64,000 bases of DNA. It comes from the human T2T-CHM13v2.0 reference genome, Homo sapiens. Location: the NCBI RefSeq assembly GCF_009914755.1, contig NC_060925.1, one strand, 5' to 3'. Each line of letters starts with the position of its first letter. The stretch's first letter is position 1. Position numbers and translations under genes: made by a program. A model generated the notes under the pieces. That model had not been told where the DNA came from. It was given only the letters and a program-made list of their open reading frames with translations, and made no database searches. Below, one piece after another: positions 63,255 to 64,000 of the stretch.

Positions 63255-64000
63255 TAAGCACCCCCTCCCGCTCTCCCCAGCACCGCCATCAGAAGATTAG
63301 CAATGGAGAGAGAAGGGGATGAACTCGCCTGATGGTGGTGGGAAAAGGACGGTGGGGCAGGGAACAGGGACCCAGACGAGTGAAAGGAGCAGCAGGGCCT
63401 AGGGAGGGGACGGAGGAAGATGGAGCTGGGAGGAAGTAGGAAGCTAGCGTGAGGGGCGCTGTCGAGGCGCTGAAGGGGGGCACACACCGAGGCGCAGCCC
63501 GCACCCCCAGTAGGCTGAGAGGGCGCCGGGGACCCGCACTGAGAGTCAAGGCAGCCCCGCTTCCCTACCCATAGCGCCCCCCGGGAGATAGTCCGGGACG
63601 CAGGGCCCCCGAGGCTGCGGGTCCAAGTCTTTCAGCCAACCCGGGATTAGCGAGCCAGCCGCTTCAAAAGTCTAGGCGAGAGGAAGCCGAGACGCGTCGG
63701 CCTTCGCCGGGCTGGAGCCCCTGCCAGATTTAGCCTCCCGCCTGGCCTTTTCTCCGGCCTGCCCCTCCGCCCTTCAAACGACGCTTCCACACGCCCCCTC
63801 CCCGCCTGTTTCCCGGGCCTCCTCCGGGGAAACTGGCGCTCTTCGCCCACCCAACTCCCCTCCACCCACCTCCCCCGCGCCCCCAGTTCGAAGTTCCCCC
63901 GACAGAGCCCACCCACACTCGCTCCCCCAACTCCACTCCCTTGCCCCTCCCACACACACACAGCTACACACTACCCCTGTCCCGCCCATTCACACTCTGC
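63255..64000. promoter_or_regulatory. CpG island / promoter-proximal region, continuing beyond the window
   Basis: Sharp rise in GC and CpG density, GC-box motifs (CTCCGCCC about 63765, CCCGCCC about 63981) and G-run clusters. Confidence 0.9.

Noticed and set aside
63254-63989. Overlapping Gly/Arg/Pro-rich ORFs in the CpG island
   Set aside because: Stop-codon scarcity in GC-rich DNA explains them; no recognisable domain.

Overview
Primate (human-like) non-coding genomic DNA. I find no intact protein-coding gene, RNA gene, CRISPR array or prokaryotic feature. The window is a mosaic of interspersed repeats: Alu J/S, L1PA2 to old L1M, L2, MIR, MaLR/ERVL solo LTRs, hAT and Tc2 MITEs, and a fossil RTE-clade LINE. 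It ends in a CpG island (about 63,255-64,000) whose distal part is C-rich on the + strand. That skew, the mostly plus-oriented LTRs and several minus-strand exon-like units (61480-61562, 49639-49852, 36273-36377) suggest the window may be the 5' intronic region of a transcript running right to left. I cannot name the gene. The most interesting observations are: (i) a candidate recursive splice site (branch point, polypyrimidine tract, TAG|GTGAGT) at about 18,315 on the minus strand; (ii) two non-tandem local copy-paste duplications (258 bp and about 94 bp, roughly 91-93% identical), the larger carrying a palindromic two-way poly(A) signal; (iii) a twin-primed L1PA2 whose inversion builds an in-frame chimeric ORF onto the ORF2p C-terminus; (iv) an L1 with a 12-nt micro-transduction; (v) an Alu with a templated filler junction; (vi) a still-readable RTE/L4 zinc finger. 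Subfamily calls come from recalled consensus sequences, and boundaries of old repeats are approximate. The sequence alone does not establish a new biological system.
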